The position numbers and the translations under genes are program-made. A stretch of 64,000 nt of DNA from Escherichia coli (GTDB lineage: Bacteria; Pseudomonadota; Gammaproteobacteria; Enterobacterales; Enterobacteriaceae). The stretch lies in assembly GCA_902500055.1 (NCBI GenBank), contig GCA_902500055.1_4131.1; one strand, given 5' to 3'. Each line of letters opens with the position of its first letter. Within the stretch, counting starts at the first letter, position 1. Below the pieces are notes generated by a model that worked only from the letters and a program-made list of their open reading frames with translations, did not search any database and had not been told where the DNA came from. This document shows positions 1 through 10,375 of this stretch, one piece after another.

Positions 1-248
1 TCATGACAGTAAGAAATAGAAGAATCGCTATACATTACTACATCACGAATTGCAACTTCTTTTGTAAAACCTTTTTTGACGGAAATTTGAAAGTCATTGT
101 ATGGGAAGATTGTATATCCATCGTATGCATTTGATGTACTGATACCAAATGGTGTAGTAGAATTCAGAAATTCGTTGATATGTTCAAGTACTGAATACTT
201 TTTAAAATTAAGAAAATCTGAAATGTCTAACATATATACAATCCTCAT
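1..248 (-). CDS. hypothetical protein, 3' end beyond window edge; possible famA member
   Basis: Open minus-strand frame from ATG at 248 (MRIVYMLDIS...) runs off the window; YNDFQISV resembles the famA core. Confidence 0.35.
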   Translation of the reverse strand, partial: MRIVYMLDISDFLNFKKYSVLEHINEFLNSTTPFGISTSNAYDGYTIFPYNDFQISVKKGFTKEVAIRDVVMYSDSSISYCH

Positions 249-264
249 AAATTTAGACAAAAAA

Positions 265-396
265 TTAGTCGAGAATAAATCTCGACTTGTGTTTTACTTT
301 ACCATTTTTCATTTCTTTTTTACGATCCACATGTGTCTGAGGCTTGTTAAACTCATTCATGTGTTTCTGTACGAAATTGTTTACTTTCTTAGCCAT
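265..396 (-). CDS. small Lys-rich basic protein (43 aa)
   Basis: Hand-translated; ATG at 396 with GGAG 6 nt upstream; MAKKVNNFVQKHMNEF... Confidence 0.35.
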   Translation of the reverse strand: MAKKVNNFVQKHMNEFNKPQTHVDRKKEMKNGKVKHKSRFILD

Positions 397-398
397 AC

Positions 399-872
399 TT
401 ACTCCAAACTGGGATCTTTAACTGTTAGACTTTCTATGTCACTCGCATAAAGAACTACATTGGATTGATTTTCAGACACTTTAAAGTCGTGATAACTGTC
501 TTTGACGATAAAATTATCTAATATAAACCCTTTACTACAGCACATCATAATTTTATCATCTTTGATTGTGTAGGTGTTTTTCTTTTTACGTACTTCAGAT
601 TGTGGTGTAATACTATCGTTATTACGAATAACACAATCAATATATTGTTCATTTGTACTCATAGGCATACCCATGATAAACGAGTTTTCAGTACTGATTG
701 TTAGTATAAAAACGTTAGTATTTGGGTTGTGAAAAAAATCATGCATTGTCTTGCTACACAAAAATAGACATTGAATAATGTCCTTCACATTAAACATTAT
801 ATCATGAACTTTGAATGCGTCCAACTCTAAAATGTCATCAATTTTCCCATTTTCAACAGTTTTAATCTCCAT
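399..872 (-). CDS. hypothetical protein (degenerate famA-like)
   Basis: 157 aa ORF in minus-strand operon chain; no clear FQxS core. Confidence 0.5.
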   Translation of the reverse strand: MEIKTVENGKIDDILELDAFKVHDIMFNVKDIIQCLFLCSKTMHDFFHNPNTNVFILTISTENSFIMGMPMSTNEQYIDCVIRNNDSITPQSEVRKKKNTYTIKDDKIMMCCSKGFILDNFIVKDSYHDFKVSENQSNVVLYASDIESLTVKDPSLE

Positions 873-914
873 GATCTATCCTTGATCTTCTAATGCACTC
901 CATGTGCGTTTTTA

Positions 915-1412
915 TTAAGTCACTGCATTATATTTCTCTATAGCATTAGTAATATTTAATATAGCTTCAGGAACCATTTCTTTATTGTATTCACGTTTTA
1001 AATTTTCCATTTTCTTAATAATTTCCAAGAAAAATGGCAAAATACATGAAGTATCTGTAAAATTACATGAGTACAAAGTACTCATTTGAAATAATTCACC
1101 TGAATCAATATTAAGAGTATTGTATTCCTTAACAATGTTTTCGTTTGAATTGAAAATGTGAAATACTGTTCCCATGTGATGAAGATATACACCATTCTCA
1201 TTTTGAATATTGCATGGTGTGATTACAATAGCAGTGTTGTCAATATTATTTACTATTGATAAACGCAGACTATGTAAACCAAAAATAACAGTGCAATCAC
1301 TTGAACTGCTTTGAATTTGGTCAGCGGTTTGTGTAACACTTGTAATATTATCTCCATCAAGACAACTCTTGATTTTATCAAATGAATTTTTCATTGATTT
1401 AGTTAGATACAT
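915..1412 (-). CDS. famA paralog (FQxS-core), hypothetical protein
   Basis: 165 aa; core GELFQMSTLY. Confidence 0.6.
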   Translation of the reverse strand: MYLTKSMKNSFDKIKSCLDGDNITSVTQTADQIQSSSSDCTVIFGLHSLRLSIVNNIDNTAIVITPCNIQNENGVYLHHMGTVFHIFNSNENIVKEYNTLNIDSGELFQMSTLYSCNFTDTSCILPFFLEIIKKMENLKREYNKEMVPEAILNITNAIEKYNAVT

Positions 1413-1816
1413 TTATGAACACCTTCGAAATATTTGATTAATGATTTTATCATATCGCTACTAATGCCATGTAAGTCAACACCTAAACACTCGTATTGAA
1501 AAAAATCAATATCCTCCAGCGTGTTTAGATCAATTTCCACCTTATCATGACCCAACGAATTCATAATAACACTGTTATCATTAATTGTCAAGAAAGTTTT
1601 ATTACTTGAACCTAAAAAGATTTTAACATGTTTATTTGGCATTGCATCATAAGACAACGATTGTGAACCATAAATGTATGTACCTTCCATCGAACCAGTA
1701 TCTATAAAGTATAGACGAATACCTTTATGGTATTTTGAATCCTTAGTGATCGCCTCTATTAGTTCATCTGTGGTTGTTAACCTTATTTCTTTCTTCTCTG
1801 AATTGCTCAAATGCAT
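1403..1816 (-). CDS. famA-like paralog, hypothetical protein
   Basis: 137 aa; core DIDFFQYECL; 53-nt overlap with neighbour, start uncertain. Confidence 0.5.
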   Translation of the reverse strand: MHLSNSEKKEIRLTTTDELIEAITKDSKYHKGIRLYFIDTGSMEGTYIYGSQSLSYDAMPNKHVKIFLGSSNKTFLTINDNSVIMNSLGHDKVEIDLNTLEDIDFFQYECLGVDLHGISSDMIKSLIKYFEGVHKCI

Positions 1817-2237
1817 AAAATAATACCTTGATCATTTGTAATGTTTCAGACATAACGTCTGATGAAAATTGAACATCAGTGTATTTTACCATAGTACTTT
1901 GAGTAAAGAAAGTAGCTTCAATATCTTCAAGGTCAAATGGCTCATCAAATAAATTAGTACTGAACATATCAGTTTTTTTCTTATAAGTCAACATAAACTT
2001 AGCACTGTATCTCAATACAATTTCATCTTTACTTACTAAAATTCGTGCAATGTTCTGTCTACCCAGTGTTGTAATGTTAACATTAAACGTATTCTTTCGT
2101 GCCTCAACAATATCAACGAAATAACCATCACCTTGGTAAACGTTATGACGAACTTCTAATCCTTGTTGAACTGTATTGAACAGTGCATCCTGGATAAAAT
2201 AATTTGCAGTATCGATGTTTCCTAAAATATCTAACAT
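1764..2237 (-). CDS. famA-like paralog, hypothetical protein
   Basis: 157 aa; variant core IEATFFTQSTMV. Confidence 0.5.
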   Translation of the reverse strand: MLDILGNIDTANYFIQDALFNTVQQGLEVRHNVYQGDGYFVDIVEARKNTFNVNITTLGRQNIARILVSKDEIVLRYSAKFMLTYKKKTDMFSTNLFDEPFDLEDIEATFFTQSTMVKYTDVQFSSDVMSETLQMIKVLFYAFEQFREERNKVNNHR

Positions 2238-2767
2238 AACTTCTCCTTTATAGCTGTCATATTTAGAAGAAATTCAGTAAGCAATTCCTCCGTAACATGC
2301 TCTGTATACCAGAATATCACAATATCTTTTGAAAGTCGTGTATTCATAAAAATATCTACTAACTCTTTGTAGTACTCTAGCGTTTCGAGATTTGTGAGAA
2401 TTAACGAGTACTGAAAGAGTAATTCTTCTGTTAGATTAAATTCTGGATAAAGTAAATCATTGAACTCATGTGATGCAGTTTGAACTTTAATTTCTTTGAA
2501 GTTATTGGTTATACAACCGGAATAAATATTTCGGTGCAACTCTCTGTACAACGCAGCATAATCTATGAATTTTGCTTTAGGGTTAAAATCAAGAACACTT
2601 TCACCTTTATATGACAATCGGTGGAACGCCGAGAACATAGTCACTTCCCACGGTTGCTTAATATCTAGCTCAGTAATATCAATATTATTGGACAGAAGAA
2701 CCGTAAAAATCTCACCAATCTTTAATAGTAACTTAGTACGTGCCAGTGCTACCATCGGGTCAGTCAT
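2231..2767 (-). CDS. famA paralog, hypothetical protein
   Basis: 178 aa; core EELLFQYSLIL. Confidence 0.6.
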   Translation of the reverse strand: MTDPMVALARTKLLLKIGEIFTVLLSNNIDITELDIKQPWEVTMFSAFHRLSYKGESVLDFNPKAKFIDYAALYRELHRNIYSGCITNNFKEIKVQTASHEFNDLLYPEFNLTEELLFQYSLILTNLETLEYYKELVDIFMNTRLSKDIVIFWYTEHVTEELLTEFLLNMTAIKEKLC

Positions 2768-3180
2768 TATACACCTTCATATTCATCAAGAAAATCTTCG
2801 ATAATCATTTCAGCTTCATCCATATGCATAGCATCAACTTCAATGATGCGAACTTTAGATGCATCCCAAATCATAAAGCTAGGAACATTGTCTGGCTCGT
2901 AATCATTTTTGTACTGAACAGCATCATAACCTTGAGCAGTGCAATTCTCAATAAGTGAACGCCACTCATCATCACTGCCTAAATCTTCACACAGAAGCAC
3001 GTTATCAACATCAACTTCTAAGGTATGCAAGTATACTGTACATGCGTCTACTACGTTCAGTGGGCTTCTCAGCTTGCGTAATGCAGCTTCCAAAGCACTG
3101 TGTTTACCTCCCATATGAAGACCACCATACGGGATATAAAAGTTATCAATTTTTACAGTACTCGCATGATACAGTTTCAT
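2767..3180 (-). CDS. hypothetical protein (no famA core)
   Basis: 137 aa; MKLYHASTVKID...; acidic C-terminus. Confidence 0.5.
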   Translation of the reverse strand: MKLYHASTVKIDNFYIPYGGLHMGGKHSALEAALRKLRSPLNVVDACTVYLHTLEVDVDNVLLCEDLGSDDEWRSLIENCTAQGYDAVQYKNDYEPDNVPSFMIWDASKVRIIEVDAMHMDEAEMIIEDFLDEYEGV

Positions 3181-3189
3181 ATTTCATTC

Positions 3190-3774
3190 CTATTTCAGTA
3201 CTTTAGTCAATGCTTTCACTACAGTTTCAAGTTGAGCATAGTCGTTGATTGTAAGATAATGAATACCATGTGCATTCATTTCAGCATCTATTTTACTATA
3301 TAAATCAAACATGTCAAGGATATGATTGTATGCATATGAAGTATTTGAAACACACAATTCTTGGAACAAGCGTTCTTCCAAGTCATTCACAACTTCACCA
3401 TTAATGTCAAGTACTACACCATCTTTGTAAGTGTAGTATTCTTCACTCCAATCTTCAGAAAGTCGGAACAGTAACGGATTCCCGCCGAACACTTCCATGT
3501 CATAGGAATTTATCTCACTAAGTAGTGTTTCACCTGGTTCTGGTGTGAAGTCAAAATATGCGAGTGTTGAACCATCATAGTCCTTGAGTGATATACCAGT
3601 ATGATTTAAGGTTACTTCACCATAATTATTATTCTTGAACTTGATTTTGATATTAATCTCAATTGTTTTTACAGTGTCATCATCACTGAAATTGTAATCA
3701 ACTTTATACTTTTCCCAAAGAAGTTTGATATCTTTGAAGTACTTTAATTTACTTTCAATTTCTTTAAAGTCCAT
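3190..3774 (-). CDS. famA-like paralog, hypothetical protein
   Basis: 194 aa; variant core ERLFQELCVS. Confidence 0.55.
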   Translation of the reverse strand: MDFKEIESKLKYFKDIKLLWEKYKVDYNFSDDDTVKTIEINIKIKFKNNNYGEVTLNHTGISLKDYDGSTLAYFDFTPEPGETLLSEINSYDMEVFGGNPLLFRLSEDWSEEYYTYKDGVVLDINGEVVNDLEERLFQELCVSNTSYAYNHILDMFDLYSKIDAEMNAHGIHYLTINDYAQLETVVKALTKVLK

Positions 3775-4366
3775 CTGGAACCACCATTTCTTGAATGTGC
3801 TTACATTTTATATTTTCCATATTGGTATGTAATATAATGCTGTGTTTACGCAATGATTTTACTTTATAGCACTCATTGAGTACTGAAATAATTCCCCATA
3901 ACTCTTCTACACTAATAGTGATAGGTTCACTTGTACTCAGTTGCATCAGTGCTGCTTGAACATCATCTTTGTTATTAATAGTGAACTGGATTCCTCTTTT
4001 GAGAATTTTAGTTTTTGGATTGTACTCAGCTAATACATCACCTTCTGGATAACCCTCATGAAGTAATAATGTTGTTTCAAAATCACCGCAGTTGAAGTTA
4101 ATTTCATCATAATCAGGTACACAAATGTTCCCTTCCCCGTACTCATTAGGTTCAGATTCTAGTGTTAAAATACGCTGATTCTCATTGCTCAGGATGATAG
4201 AATCATTCCAGTACTGTGTAGTATATGCACTACGTTTCTTTTGAAAGCACATACTCGACATTGGACCATACTTCTTGTATATGGACTTCTTGAACTCAAT
4301 AGCAGCAGGAGCCACCTTGATAACTTCACGAATTAAGTCAATAGCTTCTTGATAACTTTTTCTCAT
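3764..4366 (-). CDS. hypothetical protein (degenerate famA-like)
   Basis: 200 aa; in operon chain. Confidence 0.5.
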   Translation of the reverse strand: MRKSYQEAIDLIREVIKVAPAAIEFKKSIYKKYGPMSSMCFQKKRSAYTTQYWNDSIILSNENQRILTLESEPNEYGEGNICVPDYDEINFNCGDFETTLLLHEGYPEGDVLAEYNPKTKILKRGIQFTINNKDDVQAALMQLSTSEPITISVEELWGIISVLNECYKVKSLRKHSIILHTNMENIKCKHIQEMVVPDGL

Positions 4367-4914
4367 TTATCGTATCCATATAAAATATGATCTAGTGTAC
4401 TTTGTACTTCTTCATGAAAGAATGAAGGGTAAACTTGTATCAATTTATCTTTAAGTTCAAGGGAATGGCATAGTTCTAAAGTTTTGTAACAATCCTCGTA
4501 CTGTGCCAGATCATGTAATGTACTTAACTGAAAATGTTGTTCTTCGGAGTACAATAAATCATAAACCATATTATCGGATAAAAGATTAGATTTGATTGAA
4601 GGATCAAGTACTGTCTGGTGGTGACCAACCCAAAAGATAGCTTTTGAGTTAATGTTATTACAACCCCATCCTTTCCCCATCTTTTGGTGAATAGCAAATA
4701 CACAGGAATCATACAAATTAATGCTCAGACGTTCTTCGTCTGCATGGATAGTTACACCATCAATAGATAGTGTATATTTGAAATCCATAGCCCCCTCACT
4801 TCGTACACGAGAACTAAAGACCAGATATCGATGAATTATGGTATTGATTTTATCTGTCCATCCATCAACACATTTGGATGCACATAATGTAAAAAGATCA
4901 TGATTGTAGTTCAT
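4363..4914 (-). CDS. famA paralog, hypothetical protein
   Basis: 183 aa; core EEQHFQLSTLH; ATGA overlap with downstream gene. Confidence 0.6.
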   Translation of the reverse strand: MNYNHDLFTLCASKCVDGWTDKINTIIHRYLVFSSRVRSEGAMDFKYTLSIDGVTIHADEERLSINLYDSCVFAIHQKMGKGWGCNNINSKAIFWVGHHQTVLDPSIKSNLLSDNMVYDLLYSEEQHFQLSTLHDLAQYEDCYKTLELCHSLELKDKLIQVYPSFFHEEVQSTLDHILYGYDK

Positions 4915-4932
4915 AAAATTCTCCTTTAGGAC

Positions 4933-4961
4933 AATGTATCATACAAAAATACCAGAGTCAA
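4933..4961 (-). promoter_or_regulatory. sigma70-like promoter inside famA array
   Basis: Minus sense TTGACT-17 nt-TACATT, then AAAGGAG and the ATG of 4976..5557. Confidence 0.4.
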
Positions 4962-4975
4962 CCCCTGGTACAAAT

Positions 4976-5557
4976 TTAATCCATCATAAGTGGGATAATT
5001 GCCCATATCTTTTTCATAATCATATCTTCAGTAAAAACAAATGTTTTAGGAGCAGTATATGATATTGATACACCAAATGGAAGATGGATTGCATCATCAA
5101 TTATATTATGAATATCAAACCATGTTTTAACATAATCATACGGTGGAAGTTCATGAATTGTACTTAACTGAAAGTAATTCTCTTCACCAAAATCATTATA
5201 TTCAATTTCACAAATTTTAGTGAATTGATGATTCCATTTAGATATAATACTATTTTTATTATTGTACATAGTAGTTCTATGCATAAAACCATTTTTGCTA
5301 GTATGATTTGATATTACGTTTTCTTCAATGTCAGTATCTATTTTAAAATTCATATCAAAGTTGTAGTACGGACTTGACGATTCTTTGAATTTTAAATGTA
5401 AATTACGATTGTTATTAATTTCAATTTCAATACAAAACACATCTGAATCAAAACGATTAAACTTGTAATCGTTATCTTCCGGTAGATTCTGTATTTTTTT
5501 CATAATACTAAGCATAGGGTGTACTACACTTTTAATAAAATCATTTGTTATTTTCAT
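4976..5557 (-). CDS. famA paralog, hypothetical protein
   Basis: 193 aa; core EENYFQLSTIH. Confidence 0.6.
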   Translation of the reverse strand: MKITNDFIKSVVHPMLSIMKKIQNLPEDNDYKFNRFDSDVFCIEIEINNNRNLHLKFKESSSPYYNFDMNFKIDTDIEENVISNHTSKNGFMHRTTMYNNKNSIISKWNHQFTKICEIEYNDFGEENYFQLSTIHELPPYDYVKTWFDIHNIIDDAIHLPFGVSISYTAPKTFVFTEDMIMKKIWAIIPLMMD

Positions 5558-6050
5558 AGTATTCCTTTAGAACTTTATATGATTCAACAATACTATTTTG
5601 TGTATAATTTGAACTATATACAACAGCACTTGTTTTAGTTGACCATAGATATGACATAAAGGTTATAACACTACTACATGGACTTAATGTATTGTTTTGA
5701 AATTCAATTTCTTCAATGTTATCAGTACTGGTATATATGAATTGGAAAGTATCCATTGATTTATTGGACAGCGATACTATAGTAGAATCCGTACCGGGAC
5801 TATACATGAATGTCTCATTACTAATTGAACTATCATTAGTATATGATGGTTTGGGAATATAAATCAAACGCATGATATCGCGTTCAAGACCTGACTTATT
5901 ACTTTCCACCAAAGAAATCATATCTATATTTGATATATTTTCAACACTGACATGGAACTTTTTGTCGAGAATCACATCTCCATGAGAATTTTTATATGAA
6001 GACAAAATCTCATACATCTCAACCAATTCGCGTGCATTTAATAAACTCAT
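5541..6050 (-). CDS. famA-like paralog, hypothetical protein
   Basis: 169 aa; variant core EIEFQNNTLS. Confidence 0.5.
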   Translation of the reverse strand: MSLLNARELVEMYEILSSYKNSHGDVILDKKFHVSVENISNIDMISLVESNKSGLERDIMRLIYIPKPSYTNDSSISNETFMYSPGTDSTIVSLSNKSMDTFQFIYTSTDNIEEIEFQNNTLSPCSSVITFMSYLWSTKTSAVVYSSNYTQNSIVESYKVLKEYYENNK

Positions 6051-6475
6051 GTTTTGTCTCTTAATGAAAGAATATCCTTAGTATAAACTGAAACAGAAAT
6101 ATGATTATATTTCATCATTAATTTATACACATAAGAAGCTAGTACTAAATCGTAAATTAATTTAGTATTATACAGTACTTGGTATTGTAACGCAAGTGAA
6201 TCAATATCATCTTTACTTTCAATATCCAGAAATGTACCAAAAATTGTAGTACCGTGGAGATGAAAAGTGGAATTAATGCAATCAATGCATTCATTGTCCA
6301 ACAGAGTAGATGCTGATGTCCTCGGTGAATCCCAAATAGTCACTGCGTGTATGTCCTCAACGAACAAATCTATCCATGTTTTGTGTCGTTGTCTTTTTTG
6401 TGTTTTATAATTTTCTGGATTTGAAAGTGTAGTTTCAATTATATCCCATATGTACAAACAATCATCTCTTGTCAT
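6047..6475 (-). CDS. hypothetical protein
   Basis: 142 aa; ATGA-coupled in chain. Confidence 0.5.
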   Translation of the reverse strand: MTRDDCLYIWDIIETTLSNPENYKTQKRQRHKTWIDLFVEDIHAVTIWDSPRTSASTLLDNECIDCINSTFHLHGTTIFGTFLDIESKDDIDSLALQYQVLYNTKLIYDLVLASYVYKLMMKYNHISVSVYTKDILSLRDKT

Positions 6476-7053
6476 TATAGCACCTTATCCATTGCTGAAT
6501 TTAATGCTTTTAAACGATCTACATTCAAATTATTGAAGATGTACGTTCCTAACATGTGGAAATCGAACTGGTTCTTTTTGTATTCATGATAAATTAAACT
6601 ACAAAAAATAACAGTACTAAGAACCTCTTCAGGTATAACAGTGCTCATCTGGAACAGTTCTTCTTCAACTGTACTTGAATCTGGATTGATAGCTTTTAAC
6701 ACATACTCTTCATCACCGAATAGAACTTTAATATTATATAAAACACCAACAGTACTAATATGGAATGGGTGATGTGAAAAACTTCCATCATCCTTAATTT
6801 GTATATCGGTTCTAATCTCACACTCTTCATTACTTTTACTTTTATTTTTTACAATACAAATATTTCTGGCCCCAGAAATAGTAAGAATACCGTGGTCGTA
6901 ATATTCATTTGACCAACATTTAGATGAAATTGCTACATCACGGATGAGATATTGTTTTTCAATTTCTTTCGCACTACCAACAATTGATAGCATTTTTTTA
7001 CTGATATCATATAATAACTGATGGCGTTCTGTCATATAACTATAAGCGTTCAT
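6475..7053 (-). CDS. famA paralog, hypothetical protein
   Basis: 192 aa; core EEELFQMSTVI. Confidence 0.6.
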   Translation of the reverse strand: MNAYSYMTERHQLLYDISKKMLSIVGSAKEIEKQYLIRDVAISSKCWSNEYYDHGILTISGARNICIVKNKSKSNEECEIRTDIQIKDDGSFSHHPFHISTVGVLYNIKVLFGDEEYVLKAINPDSSTVEEELFQMSTVIPEEVLSTVIFCSLIYHEYKKNQFDFHMLGTYIFNNLNVDRLKALNSAMDKVL

Positions 7054-7624
7054 ATTTTTCCTTAACAGATTCTATATTTTGAAGTAGTGTATTCAGAACA
7101 TCAGTCTTGCAATTGATAAAATCATTGTACATAACTAGTTCACCACAATCAAGAACTTTTGCAGTATCGTAACAAAGCATTAAGTACTCGAATTCTTTGT
7201 AATTGTCCAACAATGATTTCTGGAAAATGAATGCATCTCGAATATCTTCACTTTGGTCTAATTCTGGTGGAACTTCCAAACCAATAAAACCATCATCTTC
7301 ACTGAAATTAGATTCTACAATTTTATTCATTTTTTCATGTAATGCATTCGCAAATACCATATTATAAGAAATAGAACCAATACGTTCACGATTTCTGGAT
7401 GTGCGAATGTACATAGTAATCGTATCCCATGAACTTTTAATTTTTTTAGAAAATTCATAAGTTTTATATACATCCAACTGAACTGAACCAAAACGATGTT
7501 TGGATTTGTTTTCAATTTTCAGTCGATAATTATCAAATTCAACAATTTCTGTAATGTCATGAATCTCTGAAAGTTCTGCAATGTCATGCATGAGTCTCAA
7601 AATTTTAGTTCTGATATGGTTCAT
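7040..7624 (-). CDS. famA-like paralog, hypothetical protein
   Basis: 194 aa; variant core DAFIFQKSLL. Confidence 0.55.
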   Translation of the reverse strand: MNHIRTKILRLMHDIAELSEIHDITEIVEFDNYRLKIENKSKHRFGSVQLDVYKTYEFSKKIKSSWDTITMYIRTSRNRERIGSISYNMVFANALHEKMNKIVESNFSEDDGFIGLEVPPELDQSEDIRDAFIFQKSLLDNYKEFEYLMLCYDTAKVLDCGELVMYNDFINCKTDVLNTLLQNIESVKEKYERL

Positions 7625-8199
7625 TGTGCATCCTCGAATTTAACAGGTACATGTTCATTAATGAAATTCTTAAGAGCCTGTACTAAATCCTCTAATTCTT
7701 TTGTACTGTATTTTAAAATTGTTTTAAAGTGAATCAAATCTTTTCTTTCCATGATCTTTGGAATTTTATATGCTAACTCTAAACAGCGTACAGTACTGGC
7801 ATCATACAAAAGGTTTGCGTTGAACATTAGAACATTGTATTCATCAGATGAAATTTTATAATTATATGTATCAATCACTTCATGTGTGTATAAATTCTTA
7901 TACACAATTTTATTCTCACTGAAGTTTGAGCAAACACACAGATGATCGTTGTAAAATGAAGAACGATAATCTTGTTTACGTTGTACATCTGCTATGATTT
8001 GTAATACTGTATATTTTTCTTCAGAATCCAACTCAATGTTAGCATAACTGCTCGCAGTTTCAGATACAAGGATATTGATGTTATATTTCTCATTAACTTT
8101 AATGTACTGGCGGGAACCAGTATCAGGAATGAACTTAAAACAATGCTTCAGAAGTAATGTGACTTCTTTAATTAATTCAGTACTCATAGATTCCTCCAA
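7621..8199 (-). CDS. hypothetical protein (degenerate famA-like)
   Basis: 192 aa. Confidence 0.5.
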   Translation of the reverse strand: MEESMSTELIKEVTLLLKHCFKFIPDTGSRQYIKVNEKYNINILVSETASSYANIELDSEEKYTVLQIIADVQRKQDYRSSFYNDHLCVCSNFSENKIVYKNLYTHEVIDTYNYKISSDEYNVLMFNANLLYDASTVRCLELAYKIPKIMERKDLIHFKTILKYSTKELEDLVQALKNFINEHVPVKFEDAQ

Positions 8200-8214
8200 C
8201 TCTATTTAAAATCA

Positions 8215-8243
8215 AGTATAACACACCTGAATGCTCTTGTAAA
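8215..8243 (-). promoter_or_regulatory. sigma70-like promoter
   Basis: Minus sense TTTACA-17 nt-TATACT, then GGAGGAA and the ATG of 7621..8199. Confidence 0.4.
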
Positions 8244-8253
8244 GCCATAAACA

Positions 8254-8274
8254 CAAAAAGACCCATACGGGTCT
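8254..8274 (-). terminator. intrinsic terminator after 8275..8841
   Basis: Hairpin AGACCCGTATGGGTCT followed by a T-run on the minus sense strand. Confidence 0.5.
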
Positions 8275-8841
8275 TTATTTGGGTAAAACACTGTCAATGT
8301 ACGCTAGAACCTCATCTCGAAGGTACGTTCCATCTATAGTTAGGTAATAGTTCATGGGAATATCACTCCCAACCTTCTCATAAATTTTCATACATGATAT
8401 CACATCTTCATCACAAATGGTACTCAATTGAAAAAGAACTTCATCGGTTAACGGTACGATATCATGTTTAGATAGGGGATTTGTATTTTCATTCAACACA
8501 ATATTAATCAAGTTAGGAGTATTCTTTGACGAAATATAACGATGCTTACTACGAATTACCATTCTCGATAGTGAAATACTGGAACTCCATCTTGGATCAA
8601 CATCTTCATATGATAACGATATTAACATCTCGTGAAAATCTTGAAATTTCATTGACGCATAATATGTTTTATCCTCACCGTACATACCAAATGATTTAAA
8701 TTCAATATCCCCTACTTTGTATGTATCGACATCATTATTTGAGAACTTTATTAAACTATTAATTAGTCTAATTAGAATATCATCTTTATCCATTCTTAAA
8801 TAACTCCAAGTGCATGTCGTATAAATCTCTGAAGTCTTCAT
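8275..8841 (-). CDS. famA paralog, hypothetical protein
   Basis: 188 aa (start may be internal Met at 8793); core DEVLFQLSTIC. Confidence 0.6.
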   Translation of the reverse strand: MKTSEIYTTCTWSYLRMDKDDILIRLINSLIKFSNNDVDTYKVGDIEFKSFGMYGEDKTYYASMKFQDFHEMLISLSYEDVDPRWSSSISLSRMVIRSKHRYISSKNTPNLINIVLNENTNPLSKHDIVPLTDEVLFQLSTICDEDVISCMKIYEKVGSDIPMNYYLTIDGTYLRDEVLAYIDSVLPK

Positions 8842-9349
8842 AGAAATCTTTTTCTTCCAGAATATCCTTTAAACTAGGAAACACTGCCATAATTTCTTCT
8901 ATATCCGATTCCATGAAAAACCCTGATGGATTATCGTAGTTTTGTAACAGATAACTGAAAGTAATAATGTAAAGAAGTTCATTAGGATTATGAATTAAAC
9001 TTAGCTGGAACATAGCTGATTCTAAATCTGATTCAGTACTAAGATCAACCCAACGTGAATTTCTATAATCAATTCGCACTTGACTTGTATTTGGATTCCA
9101 TGTGAAGCAATGTGTACCAATATGACCTATACAACCAACCCTTGTACTGTCTCCGGTATCAACACTGATATCAACAAATAGTTCAATACCGATATCGGTT
9201 GATGTTACACGACCTTTTTTCAGAAATAAATCATTATCCTTACGAAATTGTTTGGATGAAAGAGTGTCAATGATGCACATCAATGTTTTTGCAAATGCAA
9301 CACAATGACGAAATTCAAGCCTATGAAATTGGTAATCATTGATATTCAT
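8786..9349 (-). CDS. famA paralog, hypothetical protein
   Basis: 187 aa; core ESAMFQLSLIH. Confidence 0.6.
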   Translation of the reverse strand: MNINDYQFHRLEFRHCVAFAKTLMCIIDTLSSKQFRKDNDLFLKKGRVTSTDIGIELFVDISVDTGDSTRVGCIGHIGTHCFTWNPNTSQVRIDYRNSRWVDLSTESDLESAMFQLSLIHNPNELLYIITFSYLLQNYDNPSGFFMESDIEEIMAVFPSLKDILEEKDFYEDFRDLYDMHLELFKNG

Positions 9350-9888
9350 AATTCAACCCTCAATATTTTATCAGCAATTGATATAACCTTATCATTGAAT
9401 ACATTACCAATCTCAATCCTTATATACATAGCAGGTGGAATCTTTCCTTGTAGTGAATAATATGTTTGTATACCTAAGTACTCATTATCTGATAATGAAA
9501 ATTTGATTCTCTCCATATCAATGTCTGTTACTGGTAAATCTATCATTTCATAATGGTAGTCAACGTTTTCAGTGTATATTTTATCGAAGTAATTTGAATA
9601 ATCACTACTAATGTAGATGCTATCATCACGAATAATTACTTTATAATCAGAAGGTTCAAATTTATCTTTACAGGAAAAGAATGCATCATCTATTTTCTCT
9701 TCTCTTATACCGAATAACATTTTACCATCATATTTTACATCAAGAATACTACCTAGTATATTAATGGTACAATGCTCATCAATATTATGATGTAATGAAC
9801 GTTTTTTGTATTTTGGATTAATGAAAATTTTCATTAATTTTATACAAATGTCAGTAATGCATTTTACATTCTCATTTTCTATGTACAT
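9346..9888 (-). CDS. hypothetical protein
   Basis: 180 aa; no clear core. Confidence 0.5.
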   Translation of the reverse strand: MYIENENVKCITDICIKLMKIFINPKYKKRSLHHNIDEHCTINILGSILDVKYDGKMLFGIREEKIDDAFFSCKDKFEPSDYKVIIRDDSIYISSDYSNYFDKIYTENVDYHYEMIDLPVTDIDMERIKFSLSDNEYLGIQTYYSLQGKIPPAMYIRIEIGNVFNDKVISIADKILRVEL

Positions 9889-10375
9889 TAAAAGCCCTCT
9901 TTAATTCTTTTACATTTTTAATGAATACTTTCATTGCAGAAATCTCAAAAGATAATGTATTAAATTTGCAGTACTTTTTAAAGTACGACATAATATATAA
10001 CATTTTGAGTTCTTTTTCTGTATAAATTAAACTGTTTTGAAAGTAACTTTCTTCGGAAATGTCCGTAAGAAAAGAATAAAATGTATTTTGCTTGTGCACA
10101 ATTTTAATACTATCAGACCAAGATTTGTATGAAACGTAATCAGTACGTGCAAAATCATATAGTGAATTAGATGTATCTGTGTATGTTTCCGAGAACACAA
10201 TCTTATATATCTTATCTTGAATTCGAGAACATATGTACCTATGGTCATCTGTCTCACTGATTGCAATGTATCTATGGAGTAAATCTTTATGAGCATTGAT
10301 GAACTCAAACACTTCTAAACACTCCCTAGCGAACTTCATAGTTTCTCTGTACTTTCGGTTCATTAGTCTCTCCAA
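9872..10375 (-). CDS. famA paralog, hypothetical protein
   Basis: 167 aa; core EESYFQNSLIY. Confidence 0.6.
   Translation of the reverse strand: MERLMNRKYRETMKFARECLEVFEFINAHKDLLHRYIAISETDDHRYICSRIQDKIYKIVFSETYTDTSNSLYDFARTDYVSYKSWSDSIKIVHKQNTFYSFLTDISEESYFQNSLIYTEKELKMLYIMSYFKKYCKFNTLSFEISAMKVFIKNVKELKRAFNVHRK

Noticed and set aside
97-450. Plus-strand ORFs between 0 and 60 kb in the track (97..450, 2565..2804, 2740..2958, 2955..3206, 3100..3303, 10691..10918, 14782..14976, 17169..17435, 18461..18751 and similar)
   Set aside because: They lie antisense inside the continuous minus-strand gene chain, have no RBS or promoter context, and look like shadow ORFs of AT-rich sequence
4524-4712. 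Short minus-strand ORFs nested in other frames of larger genes (4524..4712, 7327..7515, 10027..10308, 11779..11979, 17800..18045, 25509..25715, 27005..27214, 58174..58359)
   Set aside because: Fully contained within longer ORFs that carry the family motifs; no independent start signals
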